Source: Fimicolochytrium jonesii (lineage: Eukaryota). From it: a stretch of 64,000 nt of DNA. How positions within the stretch are numbered: the stretch's first letter is position 1; each line of letters begins with the position of its first letter. The DNA lies in NCBI RefSeq assembly GCF_025526975.1, contig NW_026515697.1, positions 62,001 through 126,000 of the forward strand. The letters run 5' to 3'. The translations under genes were made by a program, and so were the position numbers. The notes under the pieces are model-generated. The model was given only the letters and a program-made list of their open reading frames with translations, was not told where the DNA came from and searched no databases. Positions 38,263 through 52,401 of the stretch are shown piece by piece.

Positions 38263-39784
38263 GATGGCACTCCCCAGGACCAACTCCCTCTTCCGCCTCT
38301 CCTGCCGCTCTCCCTCCTATCGCCCCTCACCATCCTCACCACGCCTCACCCACAACGTCAAATTCACCACTTCATCCACCGCTACCGCCTCCTCAATCCG
38401 GCGGCCTGTGCAAACCCTTGGGAGACTAAGTGGGATAGGATGTGGTTCGTTACGATTGCAGAGACCGGTGTGCGATAAGAAATGTGTGGGTGGAGGGGGG
38501 ATGATGAGTAGGCGGCATGCTGCATCGGCGCCGAATCCACTAGGAGATAGGAAGGAGGAGCTTGTGGGGAAGGTGTTACCTGTAAGTGTGCCGTGCGAGT
38601 GGAGCACGACGTTTGCTCAGCGAATAGGACGCCAGTCGGATCCTATTGCTCGGACCGGCAACCCCTGACACCCTTGCTCCACCGCAGCTCGCAAAAGAAA
38701 ACATCTACACACTCCCCAACATCCTCACCACCTCTCGCCTCATCATGTCGCCCATCATCGGGTACCTCATCTCCACGCACTCCTACACGCACGCCCTCGG
38801 GTTGCTCGTAGTGGCGGGACTCACTGATTTGGCTGATGGGTATATTGCGCGGAATTGGAATATGAAGACGTTTTTGGGGTCTGCGTTGGATCCGGCTGCT
38901 GATAAGGTGTTGATGACGGTGTTGGTGGTTGCGGAGGGGGCGGCGGGGTTGATTCCGGGTGAGTTGAGGGAGTTAGATGTGGAAAGTGGATAGGAGTGGG
39001 GTGATTGAGGCATGTGCTTGGCTGTTGGGGCGGGCCCAGCGTCGAGTTTAATGTGCGAACGAACCATGCACGATGCCTTCTGTACATTGCCCGCCTGCCA
39101 TTTCCCACACATGCACAACGGCTGACATCTCCACCCTCACTTCGTTCCCATCCCCACACACAGTCCCACTAGCAGCCCTAATCCTCGGCCGCGACATCGG
39201 CCTCATCGCCGGCACAGCCTGGGTCCGGTACAACACCCTCCCACCACCTGTAAGTCGCCTCATCTCTCGAGCCGAGTTCCGTCCATGTGTTTTCACAACT
39301 CATCATCGCGTATATGACACGATAGAAAACCACAAAACGATACTTTGACCTCTCCCTCCCTTCCGCGGAAGTGCGGCCGCCCATGATTAGCAAGGTGAGA
39401 AACACCCGCTGCACCGGCGATTGACGGGCTTCAGGAGAGCAAAATGAACTAACGCTCCCACAACCACCCAGCTCAACACCCTCCTCCAACTGACACTCAT
39501 GTCCGCCTCCCTCGCGGCGCCCGTGTTTGGGTTCCTGGATCATACCGCGTTGGAAGTGTTGCAGTAAGCTCTCTTGTCCCATCTCCATCAATCATCCCAG
39601 AACGCCCCCCCGGGCTAACTCTAATTGATACTTGATGATTTATAGGTGGACAGTGGGCTTGACGACGGTGTGGTCCGGCGCGCAGTATGCGTTCGACAAG
39701 AGTGTGATTAAGGTGCTTCCGCAGGCGGGGGCCGAGGGTGGGGAGGGCACGACTGGTGGGCAGGGGAAGGGGACGGGGCTGTGA
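38263..39784 (+). CDS. CRD1: Cardiolipin synthase (CDP-alcohol phosphatidyltransferase), multi-exon
   Basis: ENIYTLPNILT.SR, AGLTDLADGYIAR....LGSALDPAADK motif, ILGRD, VRPPMISK|LNTLLQ; mitochondrial-type N-terminus. Confidence 0.92.
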
Positions 39785-40399
39785 GGAGGGCCGAGACTGT
39801 GCGTAGGTGTTAAAGGACGTGGGAGGAGGACGATTTGGAGGACGATTTGGAGGGCGTGCGGCAGGCCATCTGTTTCGGTTCTTTGCCACCTATCTGGGTT
39901 CCCGGACATCGCCGGGGCGAGCGAACACACAATGCCAAGACTGCCGGCAAACGCGAGAGAGCCACTCGGGATGTGCCATCGTATGCAGCGGAGGCCTGGA
40001 GAGGATAGAAAAGCACGGACGGCATCACACGTCGTGGGCTGGACATGCGCCACTCTCATGCGCTGTACGTGCGTCAGGTACCCCCCCATCCGCACTTTAC
40101 AAACTATATACAGTACAAGCGTGGACGGTAGCCAAATCGGGGGCACAAGAATGTTTGCAACTCTAACCAGAAAAGTCAGTCTATATGGAAAGGTAGACCC
40201 CATAACCATGAAGAACGTGGGAGACATCAAGTCCCGATGGATTCTGCACCTACGTACGGTGCTTGCACATGATTCCCGAACACGACCATTTCGTACGTGC
40301 GCAGCAGCGAGTCCCAGCTAGACATCTCCCGTCGCAGCGGGCGAGACCTCACTGACAGCGGGACACGCTGTCAAACCTCCCTGCCGTCATTGCAGCGTC

Positions 40400-41505
40400 A
40401 TGTCGACCTCCAGCGAGTCGGGCATTCCCAGCCATGTTCCCCGAAGTATAAATCCACCCATCCCAACGCCACAAAGCATATCGAAACACACCACGACCCG
40501 AAAAAAGATGTCCGCAACACCCCCACCCAACACCAGCAACAAGGCGCAGCCAGCCACCGCAGCAGCAGACGGCATCGTCGACGCGGACACGGCCGACGAG
40601 GTCAAGGGATTGGGGCTGGATGTTGAGGTGGGCGTGGATGGGGTCAAGAGGAGGGAGGGGAATTGGTGAGTTGGGGGCGTTGATGGGGGGGGGGTGGTGC
40701 GGCTGGGAAGCTGGGGGGGGGGGGGGGGGAGGCGGTGTGGATAGAAACCTACGGAAGCGGGGCTTGCGACACCGCACCGATTTTGTCGGTTGGTTGGTTG
40801 GGGGGTGTTACAACCCAGCGGCTGATCCGACTTCTTTTTCTTATGTCCAAGGAACTGGACCTCCGGCGCACCCGTGCACGTCGCGGTCCCCGACCCGCCG
40901 TCGTTGCCCGAGCCGCAGCTGCCGAGGGAGGATACCACGCCTGGTGAGTGAGCGGTACGCCTGGTTTGGTTTTCTCCAACTCTGGGCAAATTAGGGGGAC
41001 TGGGGGTGGGACACTGGATGCCGTGAGCTTGAGTACTGCACTGCTCGAAGCATGGAACGTAGCTGATGGCGCCATTCGTCCCCGCAGCATACGTGACCCC
41101 GTGATTCAGACCCTCTCGAACATGCAAATGAGGAGAATGGAAGTGCCACCCCGCATCCCATGCGGGTTTCAGTTATAGATGCCATCGTAGGAAGGTTCCG
41201 ACGTGGTGGTGTGTGTGCAGGAGCATACGGGGGGGAACGCGATGGATGGGTTGATCGCGGTCACGGAGCAGACGGCGAAAGAAGGGAAATGCCGTATGAT
41301 AAGCGACAGGTGCGGGGGTCAGAAAGTATGGAGGGAGGGGGCGCATATGACGGACTGGTACATCGGGACACGCCGTAGGATGTCCGTTTACCGCGCATTG
41401 TATCTACGTACATATCATCGCGCGGTCTACGACGAGGTGCATGCACTCCGTCACCAGAAATCCATCAAGAGAACAAATGCGCCGGTGTTTGTAAAATGTG
41501 CATGA
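40400..41505 (+). other. Possible small hypothetical or degenerate gene
   Basis: Short coding-like ORFs separated by GTGAG donor-like sites; no recognisable domain and no clean spliced model. Confidence 0.25.
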
Positions 41506-41559
41506 AAAATTCATCTTGCAAAATGGAAAACCCCTAAAGCGCCGTAGTTTTCTGTTTAT

Positions 41560-44090
41560 TCACTCCCGCGAAATGTCACGCCCAAACAGCGTCTTTTTGC
41601 TCCAGTCGAAGGCGACGAGGACTCGGTTGCGGAGGGAGAAGAGGCTAAAGGAGAAAAATAAACGGGTTGTCAGATATGAGGAGGAAAGAGGGGGGCAGGA
41701 GTGGGGAGGGGAGGGGCTATTGAACTGACTTGTTGAGATATGCGCTCCTCCAGAAGTAGAACGTCAGCGCGCCGCCAATGTGCACGTTGCCGGGCAGGTC
41801 GGCGATGGCCTTGTCTGATCCAATATAACTGTATTGCAGGAAAAAAAAGCCGGATCGTTATCAAACCCATGGGCAAAAATCCAAAAACGAAAACCCCAGC
41901 ACAACGCAAAAAAAAAAACTTACGCCAGCGCCCCCAGATGCTCATAACTAAACGGCTTAATCACCCCCTGCGCAATCTTCTCAGGGTCCTGGCCCTCGGC
42001 AACCAGTTTCGCCTTGTCCGCGTCGATGCGGCCGAGGAGGTTGAAGTTGTGGGCGAGGTAGACGCCTTGGCGCGATGCAACTTGCGCTGTGGGTGCCCAT
42101 CTGCCACGTTGGGTGGTGTTAGTGGGTGGGTGGGTGTGATGAGAGATCGTTAATCTGGGAATCTTACTTGGTTGCAGACGCGTCGCCGACAGCGTACATG
42201 TTATCAGCGCCCTTGACTTTGAGGAACTCGTCGACTACTAGGCCGCGGCTAGAGGTTGCAGAAGAAAGGGCTGGTCAGAACCCGCGGGATAACCTCGAAT
42301 AGGAGACTGAGAGCACGCGATTGAACTCCCACTACCCGAATCCTACCGTTGGTTCTGCAGCGTCGGCGGCAGCTTCTTGAGCAACTCAGCCACGACGGGC
42401 CTCGCGGTGTTTCCTGTGGCCCACACCAATAACCCTGCCGACAAATCATGAGCCAACGTCGACGCTTTCGTCGTACACGCTTCCCGTTGTTCCACATCCC
42501 CCTCCCGACAACATACCATAAGGAATAGTCTCCAACTGCTTCTGCGCATTCGACACTGTCAGCTCCTTCTGCTTGACCTCCTTCACAGCAGTGTTGCTCA
42601 GAATATTGACTTTTGCTTCCGCAAAGTGCTTCTCGGTGTATGTAATCAGCTCCTTGGAGAAGGAGGGGAGCACGTGCGGCAGCGCTTCGATGAGCGTGAT
42701 CTTGATCTTGGGGGCTAGTTCGGGGTACCAGCTTGCCTAGATGCGTGACTCACTGATCAGATACACGCAACACTGGCCTTTCGGGAATGCTCTCCGACAG
42801 ACATACCAAATCCTCCTTCAAGAAATCATAAAGCTCCGCGGCGTACTCGACACCCGTCGGCCCGCCTCCAACAACGACCATGTGCAGTAACCGGTCAATC
42901 TCCTTCTCAGACTGGCCCAGGAACGCGGCGGTCTCCATGCAATCCATGAGACGGGTCCGAATCTTCTTTGCGTCCCTGTGAGATTTTACAGAATGAGAGG
43001 GGTTGGTAGGGGGTTCACGCCTCGCTTTTGGTGGCATAGGATTCGGAAGATGGAATCCTAGACGTACCACGCCTCCTTCAAGAAACACGCGTGTTCTCTC
43101 ACACCCGGGACGTTGAATGTCGCGTTTTCGGCCCCGCATGCGACGACGAGGTAGTCATAATGGATGGTCTGTTTCGATACCTCCCCAACGACTTCGGAGT
43201 TGTCTATTCAGGCGGGAATGTGGAGTTCCAGCATCAGTGTCCAGTAACTCAACATCCCTTTTGGAGAGCACCCGCAGGCATACCTTCAACAGTCAACATC
43301 TTATTCACCGGATCGATCTCATTACACACCCCCTCAACAAACGTGATCGCGCGCTGCTTGAACCGCGTGATATACCGCATCGGTAGCATGATGCTCCTCA
43401 ACTCCACAGTTCCCACCGTGCAACTATCCAAAAACCTTTCCATCAGCCCCCGCCTCTCACCCCACAAGTACAAATAACACACACCCACCTCGGCAAAAGC
43501 GGCGTAAACAAAAAGTAGTTCCGCGGACTCACCACCACGACATTATAGTTCTCCGAATCGAGCTCCTTGAGCAGCGACGCGGCCGCCCACCCGGACCCGA
43601 GGATCGCGATCGTCTTCTTGCTGTGGTCCCACCCGAACTGAGCCGGTGGGTGCCGGGCGTTGTACACCTCTGTTCATCACATATGAGAATCAGTTATGCC
43701 CGTCGGAGATATCTCCCGGCTCTTCGGGTCTCCTCCGCCTCCCCGCCCTACATCGGACATCCCAACACATTTGCTACACATCCCCCCCCCCCCCCCCCTC
43801 TCCCTCGCAACTCACCATATCCAAACACCGCGACACCCCCAACAACAATCCCCGCAAACACCTTCCCGCCATGTCGTCTCAAAAACCCCCGTCTGGCCGG
43901 CACCGCCGCGTTCGTGATCGTCTGCGAACCGGATGTGGATGTGACGATGGCGCGGCGCGCGGTGGACAGGAGGGAGAGTGTGGCCGCTGTTGAAAGGGAT
44001 GCGCGCGCGGGGGGTGTGAGATATTACAACGTGGGAAGATGGGGAAGCAGGAACGGCGGGGGGTTTACCTCGACCGAATCTGGATGCCAT
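41560..44090 (-). CDS. Type II (alternative, rotenone-insensitive) mitochondrial NADH dehydrogenase, NDE1/NDI1-like, many exons
   Basis: [59 protein letters not shown]; ends LFGRDISRE. Confidence 0.95.
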
Positions 44091-44566
44091 CTTGCTTGTT
44101 ACAAATGCGTGGGTAAAACGTTGTTTGCGGGATATGAGGATCGCTTACGGCCTACTGCTACTGTGCGGACACCGTGGATGAGGTATGTTCACAATGCTGC
44201 CCAAGATTGTGTGGGGGGTGGTTTGCAGAGATAGCGGAGCTTTGTGACAAAAGGGGAGTCCAAAATCTTGCCGGGTGTTGACGTAGTGGCTGATGGGCGC
44301 GGTCTTGCACAAGGCGCCAGACGTGCCTTGTGTCCCCCGACCAAAGGGGAGGATGGACCCCCTCCTTTCCATCACTTCATGAGTTATTCATCATCTTCTA
44401 AACAAAACGGATAGGTAGGTACAAGAGATCATCCACCCCGACATCCTCTCAATAGAAAGAAGTTCGTGAAGGGGAATGAATATACGGAGATCGAAGGGCG
44501 AAAAACAATGCGGTATTGGGTGGGTCAACAAAAAACACATCAGAACAAGTGGGGGGTTTCGGAAAT

Positions 44567-46879
44567 CTACGCGTTGTAAGTGGAAGACGCAACACGGCCA
44601 CCACGGCCGGTCCAGTTGGTGTGCACCCATGTGCCCGTCTTGCCTTCCAGCTCGTACGTGTGCGCGCCAAAGAAGTCACGCTGGGTGGGAGAAAGAGAGA
44701 GAGATCATCAGTATCGATACATGTTGCCAATTCCTAAAGATATGCATTCCCACACATACCTGAGCTTGCAACAAGTTAGCAGGCACACGGGCGGAACGGT
44801 ATCCGTCGTAGAAAGCCAGGGCAGAGGTCATGGCGGGGATCGGCACACCGAGCAACATGGCTTGCGAAGCCACGCGGCGGTAGTGGGGAAGGGCCTTGTG
44901 GATGGCCTTGGTGAAGAAGGGGTCGAGGAGCAGGTTCTTGAGGGCGGGGGTGTTCTTGAAGGCGTCGCTGATGTCGCCGAGGAAGGCACTATTGCGAAAG
45001 AGAAAGGTTTAGTGAATGAAAATCGCAGGACTCCCATCTCGAAAGTGAATTGTTTCAAAAACCTGCGGATAATGCATCCACCCCTCCACATAAGGGCAAT
45101 CCCACCAAAGTTCAAGTTCCACTTGAACTCTTCACCCGCGGCACGGAGCTCCATGAACCCTTGCGCGTACGAGATGATCTTGGCGGCGTAGATGGCTTGG
45201 CGAATGTCCTCAAGGAAGGACTTCTTGTCGCCGGTGAAGGAGACGTTCTCGGGGCCCTTGAGCACCTTGCTGGCGGCGACACGCTCGTCCTTGAGCGCGG
45301 AGAGGCAGCGGGCAAAGACGGCTTCGCTGACGAGTGTGACGGGGATGCCGAGATCGAGGGCGGAGATGGCGGTCCATTTGCCTGTTCCTTTCTATAGAAT
45401 CAACCAAGAGCCCCCATTTGCAAATCAGAAACCAACGCGACAACATCCTGCGTACAATCAATTGACGACAACGCACCTGACCCGCAGCATCACGGATCTT
45501 CTCAACAAGGGGCTGGCCATCCTCATCCTTGAACGCCAGAACAAGGGCGGTAATTTCAACCAAAAACGAGTCCAACTCAGACTTGTTCCACTCGGTGAAG
45601 GTATTGGCCATCTCGTCGTAGCTCATCTTCAGCACGTTCTTCATGATGTCATAGGCCTCGGCGAGGATCTGCATGTCTCCGTACTCGATACCGTTGTGCA
45701 CCATCTTGACGTAGTGGCCCGAACCTCCCTCGCCGACCCAGTCGCAGCATGGCTCGCCCTTTTCCGTCTTGGCCGCGACCGATTGGAAGATGTCCTTGAT
45801 CAATGGCCTGAAAGGGAAGCACAGATTTCGTCAGGTCTGGCATTGTAGTTGCAGAATCGTCTTCCCACAACCAAATCGGGAACTCACCAAGCCTCAGGAG
45901 AACCACCAGGCATCAAAGAGGGACCGTAACGGGCACCCTCCTCACCACCAGACACACCAGTTCCAACAAACAAGAAGCCCTTGTCCTGGAGGTACTTGCA
46001 TCGGCGGTTGGTGTCCGGGTAGTGCGAGTTACCACCGTCGATGATCAAGTCGCCAGCCTCGAGGTGGGGCAGGAGCTGCTCAATGAAGTCGTCGACGGCC
46101 TGGCCGGCCTTGACGAGGAGCATGACCTTGCGTGGCCTCTTCAGCTTGGAGCAGAGCTCCTCGATCGAATGCGCACCTTGGATCTTGGTGCCTGCGAGAG
46201 ACGGATGAGGCGCTGCACCTATTTGAGAGTATGACTGGACGCGTGGGAGAACTCACCCTTGGCCTCCTGGTTGAGGAAGTCATCGACCTTGCTGACGGTA
46301 CGGTTGTAGGCAACGACCTGGAAAGCGAACAGAAAAAGATCGTCAGCGTGCCTGCCCTTTGGATCGACCAAGCGTACAAACAAGAATACATACGGTGTAT
46401 CCGTGGTCGTCCATGTTCAGAATCAAGTTCTGGCCCTAAAAAACATAAAGAGATGGTTGCGAGTCAGCTGTCGAACTCTCCCACCAACCCACCAGAGATG
46501 AGATGGTGTTGCAAGGCATCGAAACAGAGAGAAACCCGTTGTACTCACCATGACGGCCAGACCAATAAGACCGATATCTCCACTGCACAAAAAAGGAACA
46601 TCAAAACGAACGAGTCAGTAAGATGGCAAAAGACTCGCACACCATCGGCCGATCTCCCGGTAGTGGACGCCCATCGGCCCCATCGCCTCAGTAGGCCTCC
46701 GCTCACACCTGCTAAAGCATCGGAGACCAATCTAGCCGCCACTACGAAGATTCCGTGTTGGCTGGCGAGATGACCGAGGGTGGCGTCCCAATCCCAGCCC
46801 CAGATCTCGTCCATCGTCCCCTCCACGAGTCCTCACCGACCGAAGCAGAACGACGCAGCACTTACGTTGCTTCAGGCAT
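44567..46879 (-). CDS. GND1: 6-phosphogluconate dehydrogenase, decarboxylating
   Basis: [86 protein letters not shown]. Confidence 0.97.
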
Positions 46880-47689
46880 TTTGGATCAGTATATGTGTTT
46901 GTTGTTGGAAGGAGTGGAGAGAGTAGTGAGAAGCGGGGTATGTGGGTTCTGATGGCGCTTTGCGGGGAGTGTGTGTGAGTTGTGTGGGGGAAAGCCAGCG
47001 AAGCCCTTGGAGGGGGTTCTATTATAATCGATGGGCGCTGGTCTGTGTCGTTTCGGATTCAATCGGGGCGGGCGCGGCTTGCTTGGTCCTGTATGACGCA
47101 GCAGCATCCGGGCGCGACGCTGGAGGCTTGCGATGAGTAATAATCATGTTTTTACCCGAAAGCAACGCGCTCGCTTCATCATAATACAGCAAGACGCGGA
47201 GCTTGCTTGCGGGCCGATTCCCCACCTCCTTGACCCACCTCCCTCTTGAGGCTCCCTCCCCTCCGTCCATGTCCAGACTTTCATATTCACCACCGCCCGG
47301 CGCTCATCAAACATCGGCTATATAGCAAAACGGGCAACCATGCGAGAGGGAGACTTGATTCACAACATAGAAGCTTGGTTGAGGAGGCGCTAAATACAAT
47401 CCATCATCTGTCTGCCTCCCTCAAAACTTTACGCGAGAAAACTATTGGCCGCCATCCAACCCCCCCAACTTCCAAACCTAACCCCCCCAATGCAGCAGCT
47501 GATGATGGCAAATCCCCACACACTATATATATACTGTATAAACCACAAACCCTGGCCAGCCTCCCTCCGGGCCTCTCCTTTTCTTGCGCGGAGACACGAC
47601 GCGACAGTGCATCCCGCCCTCATGGGAAGGCTACGTTAGCTGAGATGGAGACCTATAAAGTCCATTCCCCTCTTACGCAGGCTACAGCT

Positions 47690-49320
47690 TTACGCGGGCT
47701 TTTTTTGTAATACAGTCGCCCATCCCTTCACGTCGACTTTCTTCTCTGCTGCTTGGATGATGTATGGGTCGTTAAGGAGCTCGGTTGGCGTTGGGCGCGA
47801 CGCGGGGTCTTTGATGAGGCTTGATAGAAACAAAGTCGGTGAAAACACATGTCAGAAACCATCCTTTTCTTGCACGCCTCACCCCCACTAACTCATCCCA
47901 CCCGCACTCACCATCTCGCAACAAACGCCTCCAACTCCGGCGAAAACTTCCCCGGCGGCAGCGTCGCTATCGGCTCATTCACGATATACTCCAGCAATTC
48001 AAACACCGATAACGGTTCGCCGTCGGATTGGAACGGGAATTTGCCCGTCGCGAGCTCCATCAGCGTTACCCCGACGCTCCAGACGTCTGATTGGACTGAG
48101 TAGCGGCCGGCTTGGATGCGTTCCGGCTGTGGTCATCGGGAAAAGATGTTGTGAGATGATGTCCGGGATCTCGACGGAGAGCGAGAATATGGGCATGCGA
48201 GCGGTACTCGGGACTTACCGACATGTAGGCGCTCGTGCCTACGAACGTGTTGGCTACAGAGTTGATCAGCTGCCCGCTTACTCCGAAATCGGCGATTTTG
48301 ATGTTGCCCTCAGCGTCCAACAGAATGTTACTCGGCTTGATATCTGAATGAACAACCGCGTCAATCTTTTATGATGAGACACTACTTTTGATTGGGCACG
48401 GCACCCACCTCGATGTATAATCCGATGATTCTTATACAGATAAACCAGCCCAGCCAACACCGCATGGGTGACCTTCCCAATGACATCCTCAGGCATAGGT
48501 CCCGCCTTCTTGCCGACATTGTCCAGCGACCCGAGACTCATGTACTCCATGCAGATGGAGATGTCGCCTTCGTTCAGGTACGTCCCGTAGAAGGACACGA
48601 TATATGGGCTGATGCATTGGTGCATGATCTGGATCTCGCGAACGATTTGTCGTCGTACGCTGTTGCGCGCTTCTACGTGGATGATCTGGGAAATACCGGA
48701 AGTCGATTAGCATTATCTTCAATAGGATCAACCATCCACATCCACCATCAACCATCAAGTGTCCTTCCATGAAGCACCATGGGCTAGGTGGATGAGGAGA
48801 GTACGCGCCTTTGGCGCAATGTGGTGCTCGCTTCGCTCGCAAAAGATCTGACGCCGCTGAGCTCGCTAAGAGCTGTGGGTAGGGGAGTATTGCGCCTTTG
48901 GCGCAATGTGGCTCGCTCCGGTCGCGCTCGCTAACGCTCGCGAAGGCGTTCGCTCAGGCTCGGTCTCCCACCGAACTAACCCCTCACTACGTCCGGGCTC
49001 CTCCGCTTGATCTCGCTCCACGGGGTGGTTCTTGCTCCAGATCTTACCTTCTTTGCCATTATGGTCCCCGTGGGTATATGCCTAACCTTATGCACTGTCC
49101 CACCGTTCCCAGCGCCCAGTTCCTGCAGAATCTCGATATCCTCCCGCTTCAAGTCGAGTTTCGTTTCCTGGGGCAGGGACAACTCCGAAAGTTGCGGGAC
49201 TAGAGCGCCACCTGAGGGCGACTCTAGTTCCTGATGGGAGGGCAGGCGGTCGAGGTTGATGGGCAGGATGGGACGTGGCCGTGCGCGGCGGGAGGGGGTG
49301 GCGGGGGCCGGGGATGCCAT
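47690..49320 (-). CDS. STE7: MAP kinase kinase, Ste7/Byr1/Fuz7 type
   Basis: N-terminal docking site [60 protein letters not shown]. Confidence 0.92.
48724..48960 (-). repeat. Intronic dispersed repeat, two tandem hairpin units in MAP2K intron 1 (48686-49047)
   Basis: Hairpins at 48805-48817 and 48889-48907, GCTC-rich flanks, and (ATCAACC)n-like tract at ~48724-48757; homologous to the 4CL intron copy. Confidence 0.85.
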
Positions 49321-49882
49321 CGTGGGCTAGGTTTTTTGGGGGTTCGCTAAGCTGTATCGAGAGACAGAGTTCCCTCCGTGATTCTAAGACAGCTTTCCAG
49401 GCTAGCGGGAGGGAGATGTACCGGGCTAGTTGAGGTGGGGCTTTTTCCCACGGACGGAAACTCTCAGATGATCGGGGACGAAGCGGGATGATCTGGGTGG
49501 CTGCTGGTTCCGCGGCAGAGGGTTGGAACCTAGACACAGCAGCTGATGAAAGCGAGGCACAGCAGCGGGTGGATGCCCTTGAGGGGAAGCTGCAGGAAGT
49601 CCTGTATATGTATGGGATATGGTTGTTTCTGCGAGTTGCTTGGTTGTGACTTTGTGCCTTCGTGCATCAATCACATCATCAACAACTTCCTGATGCGCCC
49701 AAACTTCAAACGGCCGCTGAGCAGAGCGACAGAGTTTATCTCGCTCATCACATGAGGTCACGCGCCAATGGTATTATTCCCCCTTCGTCCTCTTCCGTTG
49801 TCACTTTCCAGGAAGCACATCCCAAAAGCAAGGACACATCCCTCACGCCAAATCACACTCGGAGCAACTATCAACTATCAAC

Positions 49883-52401
49883 ATGTCCAGGGCGCCGGCA
49901 AAGGCTGCCGCTACTTCGGCCCCGCCGCTCATTCCCACCTTCCTCCGCAGATCCACCACACCATCACGAAATCCCACCCCGACATACAGCCACTCCCGCA
50001 CAGTCTGTGCAGCAACCGCCTTCCAACCCCTCTTCTACCGCGACACAATCCGAGTCCCCAAACAACGCCGCACATTCCCACACTGGAAGCACGACGTTGT
50101 TCGCCAGACGATTCTGCCCCAGAGAGTCGCTGGGAAGACGAAGAGGGGGAAAGAGGTTGCTGAGGGGAAGAAGGCGCAGGGTGGGAGACTACCTGGGTGG
50201 CAGATGTTGAGTTCGCTGGATATTGGGCCGCAGAAGATTAAGGGGGCGGAAGTGAAGAGGGATACGGCCACGGCTGCTGTGGCTGCTGTGAAAAAGGAGA
50301 GAGGAGAGAGGACGAGATATTTGCACCCAAGAGATGTACGTATGATGCGAGCGGCGGCGAGTGCGAGAGCTAGCCGGAGGGGTCAGAATACCCGAGGATG
50401 GCGAGTGATGGCCGAGAAGGGGTCGTCCTTCCATATGCTAAGGTAGTGTCATCCAATTATACAGGTACTAGGCCCTATCAAAACGATCGTCGGCGAAGTC
50501 TCGACCTTCGACTCACAATCCCAACGCGACACCCTCCTCCAGCTATGCGCCTCGGTGCTGCAGCAATTTAACGCAGACGCCAGCACCACCGCTCACCATT
50601 ACGCGCTACTACCGCAAGCGATCGCGCGGATCATTGTCGGCTGTCGCAAACTGGGGAGAAGCGATATCGCCCAGGAGGTTTTGGAACGATATGTTGAAGC
50701 GGCGAGGTTGATTGCAGGGAAGGGCGGGGATGCTCAGAAAGCGATGGGGATTGTGCCATTCAATGCACTGTTGGAGGATTTTGCATCGAGCGGGAATCAT
50801 GAGGGGTGTCAGAATGGTAAGTGAAGAGTTGAGAGTTGAGAGTTTGAGACACTATCTCTTGAGTCGCCAGCTGACCAGACTCCCCTTCTCGTGACTTCCC
50901 AGTACTGCGTAAAATGGCCGGAGTGGATCTCCAACCGAATGCGAAAACCTTTAACATCCTCATATCAGCATGCACCACGGACCAGGTCGAAGTAGCATGG
51001 GGCCTTCTAGAAACCATGTCCAGCCTCAACCTCCGCCCCAGCCTACGCGCCCTCAACACTCTTCTCGAACTTACATTTGCCGGAGGCAGCTCCTACAGCA
51101 ACCAAACAGCCACTGTCTACGAAAAAATGCTGCACTTCTTCCCCGTCAAACCGGGCTGCCGCACCGGTCCCAACGCGACCACCGCCTGCATCCTTCTCCG
51201 CCAATGCAGGACCCCATCGCAACTCGAAGGCGTGTTTGAAGATATCAGAAAGTGGTTACTCCTCCGCTCCGCCCGCGTGCAAACCGAACTAATGCAGACA
51301 GCCAATAGGATCCAGGAACCCTCCAACCGACTGTCCTACACCCTAGATTGGGCCAACCGCCTCGGCGGGCTGGGCGTGCCATTATCCGTCCAAGCCGCCA
51401 ACGTAATCGTCGAAGCATACGCCGCGGACGGAGCCCTCTCGCAGGGCCTGGATTACGCCATGCGACTGCACGAGCAGAACGGAGCCGCTGCGAGCGATGA
51501 GTTGTTAAGAAGCGTGTTGCGGAAAGTCGGGAGGGAGACGGAGCGCGATGGGGTGGACCGACGGGAAGACCGCGTCGCGTGGGACGTGTGGACGAAACTG
51601 AGGGAGACGTCTGCCACGCGTAAGTCGTTCGTCGAGCTCGTGGATGCGCTGGGCAGGGCTGGGGACGCAAGACGGTTATGGTACCTCTATGATCTCATGA
51701 CGAAGAAGACCGCGGGCACCTCGGCAGTGCGGTCGTCCGCATCGACGGTGGTACCACATGATGAGGCGACACAGGACCCGGAACACCGCATCCTCCAACA
51801 CATCGACCCGACCGACCCCCGCCTACACCGCGCCTTCATCCGTGCCTTCTCCACCCGCCTCACAGCGGACCCCACCGCCGCCGCATACATCTTTTCCTCC
51901 CACGCTACCCTAAACGATGAAAAATCGGCGCTGGAAATGCTCAGAGGCGTGCGTGATCGCCGAGACGCCGCGGGGTTGCTTACGACACTGTTGACTGTGG
52001 CCGTGCAGAAAGGTGTGCCCTTGACCGCGGAAGGGTTGAAGGTCGCGTTAGAGGGGGTAGTCGAGCGTGTGCGGCGCCAGACCACCCTCCCTTCTTCGTC
52101 ATCAGAACAACAACCAATGGCGTTCTCAGCCGCCCACACCCTCTCCCACCTCGGGCTCTATAACCCCTCGGCCACCCACCCGCGCCCGCTCGAGCAATTT
52201 GCGCTCACACGGTCGGCGGTTGTGGGCGCTGTTGCGCAAGGGGTTGCGAGCGCGGCGGAGAGAGTGAGGGGTGGGAGGGATGTGGAGGATGCGGTGGAGA
52301 GTTTGAGGAGGTGGGTTGAGGGGAGGGATGAGGGTCCGGAGGGGGTGGAGAGGAGTGAGGCTTGGGCGGTGGGGAGGTTGAAAGAGATTGTGGGGTTGTA
52401 G
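49883..52401 (+). CDS. Pentatricopeptide-repeat (PPR) protein, probably mitochondrial
   Basis: PPR-like units (IVPFNALLEDFASSG, PNAKTFNILISAC, PSLRALNTLL, PNATTACILLRQC, SFVELVDALGRAGD); basic, hydroxylated N-terminus. Confidence 0.8.

Noticed and set aside
39827..39853. 12-nt tandem repeat GGAGGACGATTT and other short microsatellites (TACG at ~20103, TGTACA at ~62141)
   Set aside because: Two to three units only, consistent with ordinary slippage.
46584..46865. Long first intron of GND1 as a snoRNA or element host
   Set aside because: No convincing C/D or H/ACA boxes and no match to the hairpin element; long first introns are common.
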